A DNA stretch of 63,514 bases, filler included, from Saprolegnia diclina VS20 (GCF_000281045.1; 5 parts of 2 records of this genome joined end to end with filler, not necessarily neighbours in it); one strand, 5' to 3'. Positions 1 through 11,484 are shown, counted from the first letter of the whole stretch. Numbers and translations: made by a program. The notes: generated by a model from the letters alone, not told the origin.

Positions 1-2
1 TG

Positions 3-611
3 TCATCGCCCAAGGCTGTCTCTCGCAAGTCGTCGCTGGTCGCTGTGGAGGACGTCGCCCCCGTTGTTGCGTCGCCCAAGGTGGCGTCGCGCAAGGCCTC
101 GTTTGAGGAGAAGGCCCCGTCGCGCAAGAACTCTGTGGGGGCTGGCAAGGTGGCTTCGCGCAAGAACTCGTCGTCGGCGATTGTGATTCCTCGCACGGCC
201 TCGATCGATCTTACCGACATTGTGGCCGCCCAGGAGGTCGCTGCTTCGTTTGTCGATGACGTGGTCGCCCTCGCGGCCGAAGACGCCGCGACGCAGGACG
301 TCCTCTCGCAGAGCGTGACAAGCGATGGATTCGTCGAGCTCCAGCATGCGGACGCCGGCGACATCGTCGAGCAGGTCGAGCAGGTGGTCATGGAGTGCGA
401 AGACGCCGACGCGGTCGAAGAAAAGCTGTCGGTGGTCATCCCGGCGCCGGCGACCGACGAAGCCGCCAAGGACGACGACGCTACCAAGGACGACGAGGAC
501 GACGAGAAGGACAGCCCCGTAGCGGTGGACGCGGCCAAGGCCGAAACCAAGACGACGCCGACAAGCGACAAGAAGAAGAAAAAGAAGAAGAAGAAGAAGG
601 GTAAGAAATAG
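3..611 (+). CDS. 5'-partial low-complexity protein with repeated SRKxS motifs, acidic region and C-terminal poly-Lys tail
   Basis: Frame open from position 3 (SSPKAVSRKSSL...) to TAG at 609-611; GC3-rich codons; ends DKKKKKKKKKKGKK. Confidence 0.7.
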   Translation, partial: SSPKAVSRKSSLVAVEDVAPVVASPKVASRKASFEEKAPSRKNSVGAGKVASRKNSSSAIVIPRTASIDLTDIVAAQEVAASFVDDVVALAAEDAATQDVLSQSVTSDGFVELQHADAGDIVEQVEQVVMECEDADAVEEKLSVVIPAPATDEAAKDDDATKDDEDDEKDSPVAVDAAKAETKTTPTSDKKKKKKKKKKGKK

Positions 612-652
612 ACGAGGTATAAGCACGTGCAACACGACTATAAGTTGCCTGC

Positions 653-1183
653 CTACGCTTTGAGCTCGAGAAAGGCGACGACCGCAGGAATCTCGCTCAC
701 GCCCGGGATCTGGAGCAGCTGCCAAATGCACTCTTCGAGGAGGCGCTGGCGCGTCTTCAAGTAGTCGGGGCTCAAGTCGCGAAAGCAGTACGTCTTGGGC
801 GGCTAGACGACGAGACGACCATGACAAATGACGTCAAGGCGAGAGTCGTACCATCGTCGGTAGCCGATCGCCGAGGCCATAGAGCCTAAACATGCGTTGC
901 GATGAGCCAGTTGCCATTGATGCTGCATCCAGCGTCGTCGTCGTACTGGCCCCACAAGGTCGCAAACTCGCTGTACCGGCGGTGCACGACCCACGTCGTG
1001 TTGCCACGCTTGAGCTCGAGCGCGTATGCAGCAAACGAGTTGTCCTTGACGTCGTAGCTCTCGACGTTGACCGTAAAGAAGTTGGCACCTATGGCTTCAT
1101 GAAGCGCATGCGACAGCACCGGTCGTCGCACCGTAGCGCGTCGACCAAATCGACGGCTTGAGGAAGACGGGCCGGCCTGCCAT
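653..1183 (-). CDS. Small PX (phox homology) domain protein, intron-containing
   Basis: Exon with AYALELKRGNTTWVVHRRYSEFATLW (PX RRYSEF signature); downstream exon PPKTYCFRDLSPDYLKTRQRLLEECIWQLLQIPGVSEIPAVVAFLELKA* fits the PX C-terminal helices. First-exon boundary uncertain. Confidence 0.75.
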
Positions 1184-1899
1184 CACCTCAGTTAGTCGGC
1201 GCCGCTCGTCGAGGCCAGAGTTCGATCAAGTGCGCTCGCAGAGTTGATCGGAACCTGCATACTGAAACCAAGATGTCTCGATAAAGTACGCTTGGCCCAT
1301 TCCCGAAGATCGCAACAATTTCGATCTTCCTGCACATGCCGAACGACAGATCCGGTCGCCTGAACAGCAGCGTCGGGACATCTTGGCCCAAGAGCGGAGC
1401 GATGCAGGTCTAGTAGATTAGTCGATCCATTGCATGGACCCAATGGCATGGACCGACTGCGAGCCAAGCAGGGTTGTCGCATCCATGACGCCTCAGTATC
1501 TTGTTGGCACGTGGCCAAGGCGGTAGTAGCAATCGTTAGTCGATGCACTCACTACCAGATTGTTTGGCCGCGTGCGCAGCGCAACGAAGAACAGAATGCA
1601 GCATTCGCTGCGACGTCGCTGTAGCATTACACCTTGCAGTGTCCAAGTAGTTAGTCGCTTGCCCATCAACTACCAGTATAGTAGTATGTGTGGTACGCTG
1701 GCCGACTTCGATGCGCTGCACCACCACCTGCAAGCGAGAAAGCTGGGGTCCAACCAGGATCGGCAGGGTGACGCCACGTTCGACGCCAGCATACATTGGT
1801 CCAGTCAAAGAACCAGCTGGAGTCATTCCTGTTCGACGAGGGCGAACACCGAACCAGCGCGCCAGTATGATGTATGGTTGCGACCTCTGTTGCTCTATG

Positions 1900-1915
1900 C
1901 CATTTTGCATTTGTC
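1900..1915 (+). promoter_or_regulatory. Oomycete Inr+FPR-like core promoter element
   Basis: (G)CCATTTTGCATTTG ending ~8 nt before the ATG at 1923; resembles the YCATTY...WTTY consensus. Confidence 0.5.
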
Positions 1916-1922
1916 GTCGACC

Positions 1923-3383
1923 ATGAAACTCCTCGGGCTTGTTGTCTGCGTCGTCGCAGCAGTGATGAGTGGCGTCGCGTCGGCGTCCTGTGGCCCGGTC
2001 GAGGCCAACATTGACTACTGGGGCAACGACATCACACAAACGAAGCAGTCGTCCGCGGATCGGTGCTGCACCGACTGCGCAGCCACAGCCAACTGCGTGG
2101 TCGCGACGTGGCGCGCGGGTACATGCTACCTCAAGCACACGAAGGCCAACCGGTACAGTTCGGACGGCGCCATGTCCATTTCGCCCACCCCGACATCGAC
2201 GTGCGGCGCGACCGAGACCGACATCGACTACTACGGCAACGACATCAAGCAGACCAAGCAGGGATCCGCCAACGGATGCTGCGCCGACTGCGCGGCGACG
2301 GCCAACTGCGTCGTGTACACGTGGCGCGACGGCACGTGCTACCTCAAGCACACCAAAGCCAACCGGTACACGTCGACGGGCGTCAAGTCGGCGTCGATGA
2401 CGTCGTCGTCGTCGTCGCAGGTGTGCGCCCCGATCGAAGAAAACATTGATTACTACGGCAACGACATCAAGTTCACCAAACAACCGAACGCCGACGCCTG
2501 CTGCGCCGACTGCGCGGCGACACCTGGCTGCATCGTCTACACGTGGCGCGACTACGGCTACGGCGACACCAAGTGCTGGCTCAAGAGCGCCAAAGGCGCG
2601 CGCGGGCTCTGCAACGGCGCTCAGTCGGCGTCGATGCAATCTTCGAGCAATATTTGCCGCCCGATCGAAGAAAACACCGACTACCCGGGCAACGACATTG
2701 CGCGCCTCAGTCGTGCGACCGCCGGCGAGTGCTGCGACGACTGCCGCGCGCGGGCCGACTGCGTCGTCTCTGTGTGGTACGCGGGGCTGTGCTACCTCAA
2801 GAATGCCAAGGGCAACAAGGTATACGTGTCGGGGGCGCGCGCAGCGTCGGTGGGGGGCGTTACGCCAACGCCGGCACCGTCGCCGTCGGGGGGCACTCTC
2901 AAGGACCAGATTTTGCGCCAAACCAACTTGATCCGCAAGGCGCATGGCTACACGACACTCGTGGTGTGGGACGACAAGCTCGCCGCCGACATGCAGGCGT
3001 GGGCCGACTCGTGCCCGCAAAAGAACGGCGGCGGCCACGGCGGCCCCCCCGGTGCGCAGAACCTCGCGGGGTTCGACGAGTGCAAAACCAACTGCAACCG
3101 CCAGGTCGGCGCCGCCTGGAACTGGTACGACAGCGAGCAGCAGCTCTGGAGCTACGAGCGCGACGCGTGCGCCAACGGCGACTGGATGACGTGTGGCCAC
3201 TTTCAAAACTCGATGAACAAGGGCGTGTCGGCCATCGGCTGCGGCTGGTCCACATGCTACAACCCCAATATCAACGGCCAGGACTCGCTTGTCTGGTGCA
3301 ACTACATTGGCGTGTCCGACCCGCCCGAGATCCCGCGCCCAAACATGGCCCGCGAAGCGATTCTCGCCAGTCTCACGGCCTAG
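1923..3383 (+). CDS. Secreted protein: signal peptide + 4 PAN/Apple repeats + CAP (SCP/PR-1) domain
   Basis: MKLLGLVVCVVAAVMSGVASA signal peptide; four ExxxDY(W/Y/P)GNDI...CC..C.....C......W....CYLK repeats; C-terminal TNLIRKAHG...WDDKLA...AQNLA...WYDSE...GHFQN...IGCG...VWCNY CAP motifs. True ATG at 1923, not the ORF-track start. Confidence 0.88.
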   Translation: MKLLGLVVCVVAAVMSGVASASCGPVEANIDYWGNDITQTKQSSADRCCTDCAATANCVVATWRAGTCYLKHTKANRYSSDGAMSISPTPTSTCGATETDIDYYGNDIKQTKQGSANGCCADCAATANCVVYTWRDGTCYLKHTKANRYTSTGVKSASMTSSSSSQVCAPIEENIDYYGNDIKFTKQPNADACCADCAATPGCIVYTWRDYGYGDTKCWLKSAKGARGLCNGAQSASMQSSSNICRPIEENTDYPGNDIARLSRATAGECCDDCRARADCVVSVWYAGLCYLKNAKGNKVYVSGARAASVGGVTPTPAPSPSGGTLKDQILRQTNLIRKAHGYTTLVVWDDKLAADMQAWADSCPQKNGGGHGGPPGAQNLAGFDECKTNCNRQVGAAWNWYDSEQQLWSYERDACANGDWMTCGHFQNSMNKGVSAIGCGWSTCYNPNINGQDSLVWCNYIGVSDPPEIPRPNMAREAILASLTA

Positions 3384-3437
3384 TCGACCACAGTAACACT
3401 AGTATTTGTTTTTGAATTGTGTACAATTTAGATGGTT

Positions 3438-4130
3438 TTATATCGATACAAGGGGATGTGTTTCGATAAGAGTGGATAGCTCGAGCGTTCGACGGTCCTG
3501 CTGGGCTCGATGATGTCGCCGTAGCGCGGCCGCTTGCTGCTCAAGCGCCACGTTCTTTTGATGCTCCATGCGACGCCGGAGGCCGGTGAGTGCTACTTGC
3601 ATGGCGTCGCGGCCGCGCAAGAGAGTTTCGCGTTCGCGCGTCGCTGCCTCGTCAAGGACGCGGCACATCTCATTTGCGTGGTGGGCGGCCCACTCGGCCT
3701 CGTACTGTTGACGCAGCTGCATCGTCTCTGTCGCCATCGCATGTAGAACGCGATCGATATGGCGCCGGAGGTCGGCGGCGGCGGTGAGGGCCGCCTCGGC
3801 TTGCGTTTTGCACGCGCGAATCTCGGATTCGTACTGCGCAGCATGTCTTTTCCACTCGTCTCGGAGCTTTGCTTCGTAGAGGGGGACAGCCGCGAGCGTC
3901 GCGTGGAGTGCAACCACGTGCTTGACAAGTTCGCGCACTTCGAGCACGATGAGCACTTCGAGTCGGTCCAAGCTCGGTGTGTCGACCGACGGCATCCGAC
4001 GGCGCGTGCGCTCAAAGTGGTCGTGGATGCGCGAGGCTAAGATGCGCGCGCTGTTGGCCCCGTGCTGCTCCATCAACAGCCGCCTTTCTCGTGTCCCTTC
4101 AAGATCGTCGATATCCGGATACATACACAT
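3438..4130 (-). CDS. Hypothetical coiled-coil protein
   Basis: Open frame with helical E/R/A/L-rich composition (EWKRHAAQYESEIRACKTQAEAAL...); candidate ATGs at 4130, 4124 or 4073. Confidence 0.55.
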   Translation of the reverse strand: MCMYPDIDDLEGTRERRLLMEQHGANSARILASRIHDHFERTRRRMPSVDTPSLDRLEVLIVLEVRELVKHVVALHATLAAVPLYEAKLRDEWKRHAAQYESEIRACKTQAEAALTAAADLRRHIDRVLHAMATETMQLRQQYEAEWAAHHANEMCRVLDEAATRERETLLRGRDAMQVALTGLRRRMEHQKNVALEQQAAALRRHHRAQQDRRTLELSTLIETHPLVSI

Positions 4131-7100
4131 GCGCGACCTCGGCCGGGTCGGGCTTCTCGGGGCTCTCGGGCTCGGTGTCGTGTATGGCCTCGCGACGACG
4201 ACCTGTGGGCCGACGCAGTACTTTGACACGCCGAGTCTCAGCTGCGCGTCCTGTCCAACGGGGGTATCACCATCGCTATCAACACGCAGTCGCCGTATCC
4301 TGCGTCTGTAGATGGTCGGCCGCAACGCGGCTGCCGCATGCACGTGCAGGTAGCCTACGATAACGACAGCGTATGCATAGCGCAATGACTACTAGCGCCG
4401 GCGCAATCCTTGCAGTGAATCCGTCGCAGCTGTGCTGGAACGCGTGGCCCAAACCGTGCGACGCCCGGACGTGCGTCAACTGCCCGGCGGCGACAGTGCC
4501 CAGCCGCGACGGCGCGGCGTGTCTTCCGTGCGACAACACGACGCTCGGCATCCGCAACAACGACTGCCAGTGCCGCGCCGGCATGGTCCTCGTCGATCGC
4601 TACGCCGTGCGTCGTTATCGTCGTCTCTCCTCCTATGCACGTGCCTAGAATGCGACGCTGCTCGCGGCCAAGACGTGTCTCCCATGCAACAATGGCAGCG
4701 TCGATGCTTCCGGCTACGTGTGCACGCTCTGTCCTGTTGATATGCTCAGTGGCAGCAACGGCTGCGTCTGCCGCCCTGGCTTTGTGAGCACGGGCATCGC
4801 AGCGATTGGGCTGCTGCGCTGCGTCGACCAAGGCAACGTGTCGGCGATCACCGCCATGTACCCGCTCCAGTCGGCGACGCAAGTGACGTTTGCCGATGCG
4901 TCACGGACGTTTACAAGCGGTGCGATAGTTCAACATGATGCCTGTGGCGTTCACGAAGCGTAGCGATCTTCGAGCACTATTTTACGTCGGCGGCCGTCGG
5001 GTGCTACTACTATAGCAACGAAGACAACAATGGCGCGTGCCAGACCCTGGGCAATCTCTGCGTCCTCCAAATGTTTGCGTCATCGAGCGCGGCGTGCAGT
5101 CTACTGCGTCAGCTCGCGTCGTCGAGCCGCCTCACGACCTCGAACGGGATGAGTGGCTGGAGTGCGACATTGCCCTTTCTCCTCTACAATGGCGGCGCCA
5201 CTTCGATTCTCACCCAAACCTCTCTGCAGCTCACGGTACGCCTGCGATTGACAGCAGCACATTCCTGTGACCCTTCTAGATGTCGTTTTCTGCCGCGGCC
5301 AACCCGGGGACCAACGACACGCTGCAGTTTATGCTCGCTTCCTATACGCTTAACGGAACGTACTTGGGCCTCCACCCGCTCTCGACGCAGTTGCTGCTGT
5401 GCGACCCCACGGCTCGTGGCAACTTTGGCTTTGGCCTCGACTGGCTGCGCTTTGGCCTGAGCAAGACGTTTGCCTACAGCTGCGACCTGACAGCAGCGTT
5501 TGCATCACCACCAAACGTGCTGTTGTACGAACTGTACCTTGTCGACACTGACAAGTCGCTGCTGCCCGTGCCCATTCGCGTGCTTAACTATCGCGACGGG
5601 CGGAATTTGGCCGTCAACATAAACCGCGCGCCGACCGACGTCGAAGGCGACCAGCTCACACACCGGTATCGAATCCATTGCATGCCGTTAATATCGAGTT
5701 ATCGACTAGCTTTTATGTTCTGGACGCTGCGTCCGGGGTCGCGTCGGGCTACACGACACCTAGCGTTGTCTCGTATGCGTCCCGCCTTTTGCTCTCGGTA
5801 CACCTATTCGTCGATGGAATCGAGCGGCTAGTTGTCAGTAGATTCAAACCCAAGCGTCCAGCGTCAGCGCGCTCTACCCGCCTGTCTTGACCATCGAATA
5901 CACTAGTATCGAGGTACTTGCCGACGTCGCGTTGTCAACCTACTAACCTACGACCAACAACGAGCTAGTCGCCGGATGCAATCGTATCCAGTGTCTTTCA
6001 AGTGCAATATTCGTCGAGCACCAAGGCGTTTTGGTCGGTCGCGCTCGCGCTCTTCGTGCTCGCGTGCGTCGTCTCGGGCTGCAGCGTTCTCTTGCAGTAC
6101 TACACGTGGCAGCGCCGGCACACGCGGGGCAGCGACATCACCGCGTCCACATGTACCACCGTCTTGTTTCTAAGTACTTTTGCGCTACGGTCGTCGCATC
6201 GACTCGAAGATATCCTAGGCCGCACGTTGGCGTCCACACTCTCGACGTGGCTGGTCGGGTACGTTTCGGCTTCTGGACGTGATGCAAACACATCTTGTAG
6301 CATTCTAAGTGTGCTCACGGGCTACTACTTGATCTTTTTCAAGCTCCAGTCGGCCGTCTATACCCTGCTGCCGGAACACAACCCGTCGTACGGTGTCTCT
6401 GATGAGTACGCGCCGTTCGAGATCGTGCTCGTCGGCGCGGCGATGGCCAAGGTTTGTGGTGACAGAACTTGTATGTACATGATGCTATTGATGTTGGACT
6501 AGACCATTGCGCTTCTCTGTACGGTCTACGTCCAAGCGAGCGTCGAAATGTTCTTTCTCGACTGGGAAAAGCCCCGCGGAACTCCCGAGAGCCCGTCGCC
6601 CGTGAGCATTTGGCGCACGATCCTCGTCGCCAACGAGTGGAACGAGCTGCAGACCGTACATTTTGATGGAGCGCAACCGACACGCCACTATGACCTCTAG
6701 GCGCGCGGCTCGTCGTTACCCCTAACCCTACTCGGTCTCTTATGGCTACTTCTCGGGTACTAGTCCTTGTAGACCGCATGCTCGAATAATCACGTATCGC
6801 AATTGGCAGGTGTGAGTATGCCACCTTGGCATCCCCTCAGCCGCTCGTGTACGGCATGGCGTTTGGCGCTCCGAACGAATACCTCCGCTTTGCCAACGTT
6901 GTGGCGTGGTGGACCGTCCTCACCGCGTCGCAGTGGCTCTGGCGCTGGCTCATTTATGTAATGAATCTATCGCCAATGTTAGTTCGGTGGTAGATCTGAT
7001 AGATGATAGGAACGATGGATCTCGGAGCCGCGCCACCTCCTCTTCCTCGACCTCTGCACGCTAGCCAAAGTCAGCTGCGTGCTGTTAGACGAAGCATACC

Positions 7101-7891
7101 ACGGGTACTACCTCCACTGCCGGTCGCCGTACGCATTCGCCGACGGCTCGATGCTCGACTTGACCGAGCAGCTCAAGCAAGAGGCCGCGGGTCTCACGGC
7201 GTCGCGCGGCCTCGACGGCGGCCCCGACGACTGCCAGTGCTTTGAGCTCTTCTTGACCAAAGCGTGGCGCAAGCGCTTCATGAAGCTCTATGGCGCTGAG
7301 GAGGCGAAAACCCACGCGCAGCCAACGCTGCTGCACGACGTTCTCGAGCGCCGACGTACGAATACGCTGCTCGCACCACCGCGCAAAGCGGCGCCGTCCC
7401 CCAAGCTCGTCCACGCCGGGCACAAGCTCACTGCATTTTTGCGATCGTTTGTCGACAATACGGACGAGAGCTTTCGCTGGAAAATGGTGTCGGGCCAGCC
7501 GTGCCTGGCGCGGTATTTCCGCCTCCCGCCCGACCTCAGCGCGGCCAAGACCTCGCTCTTCGTCGCCGGTACGTCACTCCCGTACCCGCCTTGCTGATCG
7601 AATATTTGCTACATTAGATGCACAGGCAACGGGTTTTACGTCCATGCTCTTCCTCGGCCTCGAGACAGAACTCGTGCTCTGGAACATGCTTGTAGAGACA
7701 ACTTCTCTGCTCTGTGCTGCGTCACTTTGACGGTGTAGGTCTTTGCGACGTGCGACGTGTGGTGGGGCAACCACGCGATCTCGGCGCTCTGGACGTACGT
7801 GGCCGAGTGTGCGCTGGTACGGTTGCGCCAGCACTGGGGCACGCGGAATGTCGCCAAGCGCACTCTCGTTGACGCCCGCTTCTTGATCTAA
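4129..7891 (+). CDS. TMEM67: Meckelin (ciliary transition-zone protein), multi-exon
   Basis: Signal peptide then CGPTQYFDTPSLSCASC and Cys-rich region; ACQTLGNLCVLQM; FFLDWEKP...VSIWRTILVANEWNELQT; DLCTLAKVS..LLDEAYHGYYLHCRSP; C-terminus RNVAKRTLVDARFLI*. All are meckelin hallmarks. Confidence 0.92.
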
Positions 7892-8132
7892 CGTCAGCCT
7901 TGAGCTCGCGTAACTTTAGTAGTATATATCTGAGCCACAGTGAATATGTACGCTGGTCCGAGAGGTTTGTCGGATGTAACTAGGAAATGTGTTTGTGGTA
8001 CTGCTATCGAAGAAGCTCAACCATGGAACTCGGTTCCATTGGTCTAGATCAATTGCCGTAGTGGGATTTAACAGCTTTTGGTCGTCCTCAAGGGATACAA
8101 AAGAAACACAAATGCGACGAGGCGCTTGGCCA

Positions 8133-9538
8133 TTACCGGCCGATGGACGTGACAGCGCGGAGACCGTGGGCCCACGCGAGGTCGCGGCTGTCGTCGGCGA
8201 GCGTGTCGGGCCACAAGAGCGTGTAGAAATGCGGCAGCACGCTGGGCGCGGCCTCGCCCACGATGCGCGAACACGTGGCCTCGAGCTCGCGCTGCTCGGC
8301 AGTTTTTTTTGCAGCCACTTCGGGCGTCGACGACGCCGCACAGAGCGACGGGACGCAGACGCGGATGTTGTATTCGCACAGACTCGGCTCGTCGATCGTA
8401 TCGACGGCAATCTCCTAGCGCGAAATATGTGGTGAAATTGCGATAGGAGGGAGACGACGGGGTGGTACCGGTTGCTCGGCGCAGCATACATACTTGACGG
8501 TCGTCGCCCGCGCCTGCCCGTTCTCATCGCAGGTCTACAGCTCACACGTTTAGTGAGCGTGATTCGGGATCGCAAGGTGTTGTACCTGGCCGCCAGTGTA
8601 GTGGTGCACGACCTCCTTCTCCGTGCTGCGGTCTTCGGTGAACCGGCCCATGCTCCAATCGAACGGACGACTTCCATCGGCTTCCTACACCGTGTGTGGT
8701 GAGATACGTTGAAATGGAAGCGAACACCTCGTGGAACTGGCGGACTTCGCTTTCGTAGCACACTTGGTAGCTCCACCAGCCGTTGGCCATGACGTGGCAC
8801 TTTTGCTTGGCAAACGCCGTGTCGACAGTGGCCTTGAGCTCGGCAATCGCGGCCGTCGACGGCGCTGGCGCCAAGTGGTGCTTGGCAAGCTTCATGCACT
8901 GCTCTTGGAGGTCGTGGGTGAACTTCCAGCTACAGAGGTTGTTGTGAGACTCGTAACGCAAAGAGGTGGGATGAGAGGTCGTACCCGACATGGCGCGCGC
9001 AGCGGGGGCACGTCAAGACGCGCCAGTTGTAGTCGTCAAAGAACGAGTCTTCCTCCGAGTAGCTCTCGGTCGCGCTGGCCTCGGTGAGCTCAAAGGCCGC
9101 GAGCTCAAACTCATCGCCGAGCGGACCGTCAAAGTAGGTGACTTCGCCACTTTCGCCCAGTGTAGCTTCGTGCCGGTAGCTCTTGGCCCGGCCTTTCGTG
9201 GCGGCTGGCAGCGCCATGGCGTCGCTACGAGTAAGTCGTCAGCGCCATATCGTATCGAGGCCGTACCTCTTCCACGCGAGATGCGCGCCACACATGCGGC
9301 AGCGCAGCGACGTGCTCGACCCGTCGTGCGTCGCCTTCTTCTTTGCGCGAAACGTGGTGAGGAGCATGGCCTCGTCGTCCACGTCGGCCACCGCCTTGGC
9401 CCGCACGTCGCCGTCGACCGCCAGCGCAACCTCGCTCACTTGATCTTGCGCTGACTTGGACTTCGCCACCGCGCCCTTCTCGGCGCCCGCGATCTCGGCC
9501 GCGACCGCCAGCGCGAGCAGAAGCTTCCACGTTTGCAT
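8133..9538 (-). CDS. Signal-peptide protein with cereblon-like CULT domain interrupted by an OS-9-type MRH lectin domain (6 exons)
   Basis: Manual splicing gives MQTWKLLLALAVAAEIAGA...LRCRMCGAHLAW...DSFFDDYNWRVLTCPRCARHVGWKFTH...[CHVMANGWWSYQVCYESEVRQFHE...HHYTGGQTCDENGQARATTVKYVCC...DEPSLCEYNIRVCVPSLC]...PHFYTLLW...IGR*. Introns 9266-9225 and 8984-8930 are GT-AG and keep frame. Confidence 0.82.
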
Positions 9539-10287
9539 CCTTCGTCTGCCACTTGGCAATTCCATTGCAGCGGCCAGCGCCGGATACGGCACGACGTATC
9601 CGGATGTGCACTCTGCCTCGCGTTTGTCCCAATGTCCCAAACCAATGTCCCAAGATGCAATCAAGCCGAAGCCGACGCTTGGACCGACGCCGACGTTATC
9701 GTCGCCGAGGCGTGGACGATCAGGACTCAGGCCATGTACTTGACCATGCATCTTTCGAGTGCTATGACTGCTACTGCGAGCAAGCAGCAATGTCATCCTG
9801 CGTACCTGCTACGAAGGTGCACTCCGGATCGCTTGGTCAACAGCGAACTCACCACCAAGTCAGGCGAGCTTCGACGGCACCTGGTCGAGCTTCGTCGTCG
9901 TCGAAGTTGCCGATTGCAGCTGCGGTATCGAAGCGTACATGTGTAGCTACACCAATCTAGCCAGTTTCTGTCAATGGATGGGCTTTGCAGCAAGCACGCC
10001 TGGCGTGCTTGCGCCGAGTAGCTTGATCGCACTGGTACTAGCCGCCGCTGGCGGCGTGGGTGCGACCAGGTTACGCGGTCGGTAGTCGCAGAGCCTTTAG
10101 CGCGGCCATCGTCGCCCCGCCACGGCAGACAGCGGCGATGCCACGTGCTGGCTGACAGGAGGCATGTCGGTCACGCTGATTGGCTGAAATCCTGTTGCGA
10201 GATAGCGTTACAGCCGGTTTTCAAGAAGCGGATTGGCTCGTCGTGGAACTGGCGCCCGGCGCCGGTCATTTCCCGATCGTCGTCGCG

Positions 10288-11484
10288 ATGCCCCGTCTGA
10301 CTGCGCTCGTGCTGCTCGTGCTCACGGCGATGGCGTCGGCGCTCGACTTCCGCCTCTACGGCCTCAACTACAACAGCCGCCAGGGCGCCGACTGGGACCC
10401 GAAGAAGTGCAAGTCCCAGGACCAGATCGAGACGGACCTGAGCAAGATCAAGCGCATCTCGGACCGCGTGCGCATCTACAGCCTCGCCGACTGCAACCAA
10501 GGCCCTATGGTGCTGGCTGCGGCCAAGAAGCTCGGGCTCAAGACTTGGCTCGGCATGTGGGTGACCAACCAAGCGACGTTCGACACCGAGATGAAGGTGC
10601 TCCAGACCATGGTGTCGAGCATCGACGCGTCCGTCGAAGGCATCCACGTCGGCAGCGAGAACCTCTACCGTAAGGACGTAACGGCCGAGCAGGTACCTCT
10701 CATTGCTTTGAGATGACGTGACTCAATCGCCCTAGGCGATCTCGTTTGTGACGACGGTCAAGACCTTCTTGACGCAGCAGCAGATCAAGATCCCGGTCTC
10801 GGTCGCCGACATTGTCGACGCGCTCGTGCAGTACCCGACGGTCCTTGACGCGGTAGACGCCTGCAATTGCAGCGACTGTCTCTTATGCGCGTCGGTAGGT
10901 GGACGTCATCCAAGCCAACTCGTTCCCGTTCTGGGAGCCTGCCAACATTGACACGGCCATGATCAACTTCAAGATCAAGATGGACATGCTCACGAAGGTG
11001 GCGAAGGGCAAGGAGATTCAAATCAGCGAGACGGGCTGGGCCTCGGGCGGCGTTAACGCCAACGCGTCGACCGCGAGCGCTGACAACCAAGCGGTACACT
11101 GCTGTCGTCTGTCCTTTCTCTTGTCTAGCATCTCGTGTGTAGACGTATTTGCTCAACTTTTACAACTACGCGACGGAGCACAACCTCAAGTACTACTACT
11201 TTGCGGCCTTTGACGACGCGTGGAAGGCCACGCTGCCCAACAAGAAGAACGACGTCGAGGCGTTCTTTGGCCTCTACGACTCGACCGGGTCGCTCAAGCC
11301 CAAGATCGCCGCCTTGGTGCAAACCAACAGCTCGATTGATCCGGACAACACGACCATCACGGTGCTGCCGTTGACCAAGACGCCGATGCCAGTAAGCCCC
11401 GGGAGCAAGCCCGCGCCGTCGACGGCAACGACCGCATCGATCGCGCTCGTCTCGACTGTACTGGCGGCGGCGCTTCTTGCCTAA
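10288..11484 (+). CDS. GH17 beta-1,3-glucanase/glucanosyltransferase, probably GPI-anchored (4 exons)
   Basis: Signal peptide; YGLNYNSR, VRIYS..DC, WLGMWV, HVGSENLYR (acid/base Glu), ANSFPFWE, ISETGW (nucleophile), YYYFAAFDDAWK, FGLY; Ser/Thr/Pro tail with hydrophobic C-terminus. Confidence 0.92.

Noticed and set aside
1985..2830. Regularly spaced GACTACT..GGCAACGAC repeats resembling a CRISPR array
   Set aside because: They are coding PAN-domain repeats ~200 bp apart in a eukaryotic gene; no cas genes.
9640..10090. Possible small plus-strand gene between the CULT-MRH and GH17 genes
   Set aside because: Some exon-like pieces, but no consistent frame or motif could be established.
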